The notes under the pieces are model-generated. The model was given only the letters and a program-made list of their open reading frames with translations, ran no database searches and was not told where the DNA came from. Of a stretch of 64,000 nucleotides of DNA, positions 59,122-64,000 are shown one piece after another. How positions within the stretch are numbered: position 1 is the stretch's first letter; each line of letters begins with the position of its first letter. The DNA is taken from assembly GCF_009914755.1 (NCBI RefSeq), contig NC_060929.1; one strand, given 5' to 3'. This DNA is from the human T2T-CHM13v2.0 reference genome, Homo sapiens. Position numbers and translations under genes: made by a program.

Positions 59122-59661
59122 GTGAGGAAAAACTTCCTGTCTGCTCCCCGTGTGCTGAGGAGGGAGCTCTGCCGTGGGCTTTACTTTCACATGTTATATT
59201 CCACAAGTCTTGTTTTACAAAAGCATCCCTTCCTTGAGGCTTCGGCTGCTCATCGCTGCTCATCATCATAGCGTGCCATAACATATAGTAAGATTTGGGT
59301 TTGTTTCTGGGGAGAGATCTTGGTATAGAGAAAGGAGAAATGCTTAGAGCCACCATCAGGACAGTTGGGATGAAAGTTGGGTATAGGCAGAGGCTGGAGG
59401 AAACATGTGCATCCCCTGTAAACACTTTTATTCATGTTTTAATTACTCATTTTTCTTACAGTGTTAAATTAGTAAAGATAGTATTGAAAAATTGAAAAGT
59501 AGGCATATTAAAACCTGCAACACTATTTAAGCTTAGATATATTATTTGTACCTCATCAACATTTTTTATTTTGTTGAGAAAGTTTAAGGTTAATTGACAG
59601 CATATTTCTAATAGTAGATAGAATAACATCCCTTTTATAAACATTGACATCCTACATTACA

Positions 59662-60108
59662 TGTGTGAACCCTGAAAATCTGAGACAGCTCTCAGATTTT
59701 TTAGAAAGTTTATTTTGCCAATCTTGAGGATGTGCACCTGTGATGCCTCCTCAGGAGATCCTGACAACATGGGCCCAAGGTGGTCGGGGCACAGCTTGGT
59801 TTTATACACTTTAGGGAGACACGAGAGATCAATCAATATGTGTAAGATGTACATTGGTTCAGTCCAGAAAGGTGAGAAGGCCAGACAGGGGGCTTCCAGG
59901 TCACAGGTAGGTAAGAGACAAATGGTTTCATTCTTTTGCATTGCTGATTACCCTCTCCACGTGAGGCAATCAGGTATGCATTTATCTCGGTGATCAGATG
60001 GGTGTCTTTGGATAGAATGGGAGGCGGGTTTGCCCTAGGCAGTTCCCAGCTTGACTTTTCCCTTTAGCTTAGTGATTTTGAGTCCCCAAGATTTATTTTC
60101 CCTTCGTA
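59662..60108 (-). mobile_element. MER4A-like ERV1 solo LTR
   Basis: ctcaggagatcctgacaacatg...aggtggtcggggcacagcttggtttta and terminal cagttcccagcttgacttttccctttagcttagtg...gatttattttcc. Confidence 0.85.
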
Positions 60109-60989
60109 AGTGTTCCTATGAGTATTAATTATTCATTGTGTCTTTTATTACACAAATAAGGCACAGATTTTTAAGAAATCATCAACTTCATGGCTACCTA
60201 TATAGACATAATTACATAGAAGCTCAACTAAATTTGCAAACATTCCAGAGTTTGGGTTTCCAATAATTCTTTGTGATTCTTTAAAAGGTAAAGTATTTTT
60301 TCCCATAAAACATAGCAACATTTAAAATCAACCGTAGAATGTCCTGCCATTTTTGTTTCTCTAGTTTCCTCATTTTCTGCAAAGCCTCACTGAGGAAATT
60401 GACTTTGAATATCCTTTTAGACTCTTGTTTTAGAAAGCATTGTGGTAAAACATTGAATCATCGTGGTCACAAGTTCTGTTCACATTCTTTCTTTCTTTGA
60501 ATATTTTTTCCCAGTGGCCAATATTTGATTCTGTTGTATCATGGCTAAAAGGTAGGCATGGCAACAAAATAAAGACAAGAAGTCTTTGGAATAATTGATC
60601 CCATCACAATGAATCAATTTGCCATTGGAACATGTTTTTACAAAGTCACTCTTTTGAAAATATTCAGCTATGACTTGAAACAGAGTCTGTATGGTTAATA
60701 TTTTTCCTGGTCTAAGATGAACAGCATTTTAGAGAATGAACCCAGGACACAACCACAGCACAAGAAAAACATGTGATAATTAAGTTTACACATGTGTGTT
60801 ACTACAGTAACAGAAAACATGTAAAGAACATTTGATTTATGTATCAGTCTGCACTGTTTAATTTTTTGTGTCATAATTGCTCTTATTTTAAAAAACAGGA
60901 CTAGTTAACAGTGTCAATTACTAGTAATTCATGGTATAAATAATTAAACAAGGAAGTGTTAAAAAAAGTGTTTTAAATAAAGTTTTATT

Positions 60990-62325
60990 TTACGTCTTTT
61001 TTTTACTTACACAGAAATCGTCAAAAAAAAAAAGAGATTTCCCATGTAGCCGCAACCTAGTTTCCTCTCTTATTAACATCTTCTATCAGTGTGTCTCACA
61101 TGGCTTATTAATATCTTACATAATTTGCCGCAGTTAATGAACCAATACTGATAGACTGTTATTAACTAAAGTTCATATTTCATTTGGATTCCCTTAGTTC
61201 TATCTTACTCTGACCCAGGATCCCATCCAGGATCCCACACGACATGTAGTCATCACATAGGCTCTTCCTGGCTGTGACAGTGTGTTAGGCTTTCCATCTC
61301 ATGATGACCTTCATAGCACTGAGGAGGATTGGTCAGGATTTTTGTAGAATGTCCCCCATTGTCACTTCATGTTCTCAAGGTGAACTGTCAGCTTTGGTGT
61401 TCACTTGGATCATTTGGCAGAGCTACTGTTTGTCAGATTTCTCCACTGTGAAGTTATTTTTCCTCCTTGTCCATACTGCATGTGTTCTTTTGGAGCAAGT
61501 CACTATGCAGAGCCCACACTTACGGAGTGAGGAGTTGGCTCCACCTTCTTGATGGCTGAGTGTCTACATCAGTTATTTGGAATTCTTTTGCAAAGGAGAT
61601 TTCTATGCAACTCCATTTGCTTATTCACCTAGGTATACAAATACAGACACCTAGATAATTACTTTAAGCTTTAGTTATTATTCGACACTATAGCATTATG
61701 TTGCACAATTCCTTCCTGTGTTGGCCATCGGTAGCTGTTTTTATTGGCTTTTATTTTTGTTTGATATATTTTAATTTTTTTAGTACTTACTTTCTGATAC
61801 TTCCAGATTATCCTGGCTCCTATATTTACTGTCCCAGTTCTAGTATCAGACATTTCTTCAAAGAGCCTGATTCCTTTCAGAATGGTGGGAAAACTTACAT
61901 GTGGCTGCTGAATGCACATTGTATCTTGTCCCTCATTAGCAATGCTAGGAAGCATATGTGCGTGTCTAACCTACCTACACACACCTAATTATAAAGTTTT
62001 CTATGTAGAACTGTGTGTATCTATATTAAACTAAGCATAAGTTTACGTTGATGTCTCCACCTCTGATCTACTATCACAGGAATCATTCTAGCCTTCTCGT
62101 CTTGCTAATTTGTAACCTCCCACTTCAACAGTGAGAAAGCTGGTTCCCACCATCTGCGACTTATGTAAGTCATTGTTTTACTCCAGATACAGACACTGTG
62201 GTTTTACAATTGTTCACAATTGCTTCTGTTGGAAAGAACTTTATAAAATGGAATCCAATAATGAAGTATAGTTCACGTGCCTTCAGCCTACAGATTCTAT
62301 TCATTTTCAAAGTTTTTACCTAGAT
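60990..62325 (-). mobile_element. Old L1 3' UTR (L1MC/L1MD-like)
   Basis: gttattaactaaagttcat, ccaggatcccatccaggat and ggtcaggatttttgtagaatgtccc motifs; antisense to the 40.5-44.5 kb L1 segments. Confidence 0.7.
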
Positions 62326-62328
62326 TTG

Positions 62329-62772
62329 TGTCTTAGTCCATTTTGTGCTTCTGTAACAGAATACCTGAGGCTGCGTAATTTATAAGTAAAACAGTTTCAT
62401 TTGGTTCACAATACTGGTAGCTGGAATGTCCGAGATTGGGCAGTTGCATCTGGCGGGGCCTCAGTCTTTTTCACCTCATGGTGGAAAGTGGAAGGGGAGC
62501 AAGGGGTGCACCAGAGATCACATAGCAGAAGTGAAAGCAAGAGGGAAGCCAAGGAAGCCAGACTCTTTTTAATTACCTACTCCTGCAGGAATTATCTATT
62601 CCTGTGAGAACAGAACTCACTCACCCCCATGGAGGACATTAATCTATTCATGAGGGATCCGTCCCCACGACCCAAACACCGTCCACTAGGCCCCACCGCC
62701 CCACACTGACACAGTGGGAGTCAAATTTCAACATGAGTTTTTGTGGGGACAAACCACATCCAAACCATCGTA
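62329..62772. mobile_element. MaLR LTR (MST-like)
   Basis: tgtcttagtccattttgtg...aacagaatacctgaggctg...tttcaacatgag...ggggacaaaccacatccaaaccat. Confidence 0.85.
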
Positions 62773-63416
62773 ATTTATAGCATAAATTCTTTTTCACATG
62801 ATGTATTCTGTCCTGGGATACTCCACATCCTGAGTAATTTGATTTAATTTGAATAGAGTTTGCTTTAACCATTTGGCTGTAAAATTCTGCATATTTCGAC
62901 AAATGCATTGTGGCAGATATCCCACTATTAAAGTATCATATGGAATGCCTCAAACCCCCACCCCATGGAGCCAATGGCTTCCCATCTGTGTAGTTTGCCT
63001 TCCCCAGTGTCTCATTAAATGAGGTCACACTGTGTGTATCCTCCTCAGACTGTCTTCTTCCACTTAGCAATGTGCATGCAAGATTCACTCATGTCTTTGT
63101 GTGTGTTGATATCTTGTTCCTTTCTATGGCTAAATAGTATTCCATTACATGAATGTAGCACAATTTGGTTATGCATTTTGGGGAGTAGAACCTTCCTCTT
63201 CTAACTTTGTTCCAGGGTTGGAGACCTTCAAATTAACTGACAATAGATACATTAGTAGGAGAGACAATACTTGGCTTCTTGTTCCCCAAGTATCATTGTG
63301 GGACAAAATTCATCAGATGGCAGGATCCAGTTTACAAAGAGGTAAAAATAGCCCAGAAACAAGAAACAAGACTAGAATCTGATAACTCTCAATGGCTATA
63401 GTTTTCCTTTAAAAAA

Positions 63417-63606
63417 ATTTTTTTTGAGACAGGGTCTGGCTCTGTCGCCCAGGCTGGAGTGCAAAGGTGCAATCTCAGCTCACTGCAACCTCTACCTCCT
63501 GGGTGCAAACGATCCTCCCTCCTCAGCCTCCTGATTACCTGGGACTACAGGCACATGCCGTCATGCCCATCTAATTTTTGTATTTTTGGTAGAGACGGGG
63601 TTTCTA
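63417..63606 (-). mobile_element. Alu fragment (right arm + linker)
   Basis: Antisense Alu truncated after gagacggggttt. Confidence 0.9.
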
Positions 63607-63644
63607 CCAAAATATTCGATTTTTTCTGTGGCAGACAACATTTA

Positions 63645-63940
<296 letters not shown>

Positions 63941-64000
63941 ACAACATTTAAAGTAATAATTGGAATTATGACTCATTACTCTATAGTGGCACATAGCATG

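Noticed and set aside
58846-59271. 141-aa ORF (VRVRIR-rich start)
   Set aside because: N-terminus is translated telomere-like hexamers and the ORF runs through splice signals; no recognisable domain.

Overview
Human (primate) non-coding genomic DNA. It is dense in Alus (many with intact target-site duplications, TSDs), old L1 3' ends, ERV1/MaLR solo LTRs, MIR/L2 remnants and one probable MULE-type DNA transposon. I find no credible protein-coding gene, RNA gene or CRISPR array; all long ORFs are by-products of stop-free tandem repeats or low-complexity DNA. The centre (~29.4-47 kb) is a GC/CpG-rich domain packed with minisatellites (68, 47, 79/52, ~103, 16 and ~34 bp units), and a degenerate TTAGGG tract lies at ~58.8 kb. 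This looks like a subtelomeric segmental-duplication block. From memory, unverified, it resembles the duplicon shared by distal 1p36.33 and the 5q terminus, which carries a multi-exon lncRNA. Several + strand exons with canonical splice signals are visible. The most notable signals are: (i) an ancient L1 remnant rewritten into a CpG-dense patch, possibly by GC-biased gene conversion; (ii) two structured VNTRs that appear to have arisen inside one old L1 3' UTR, one with a polar CpG gradient; (iii) a CpG-island VNTR just upstream of lncRNA-like exons. I see no evidence for a new coding system. Repeat subfamily names come from recalled consensus sequences and need RepeatMasker/Dfam confirmation.
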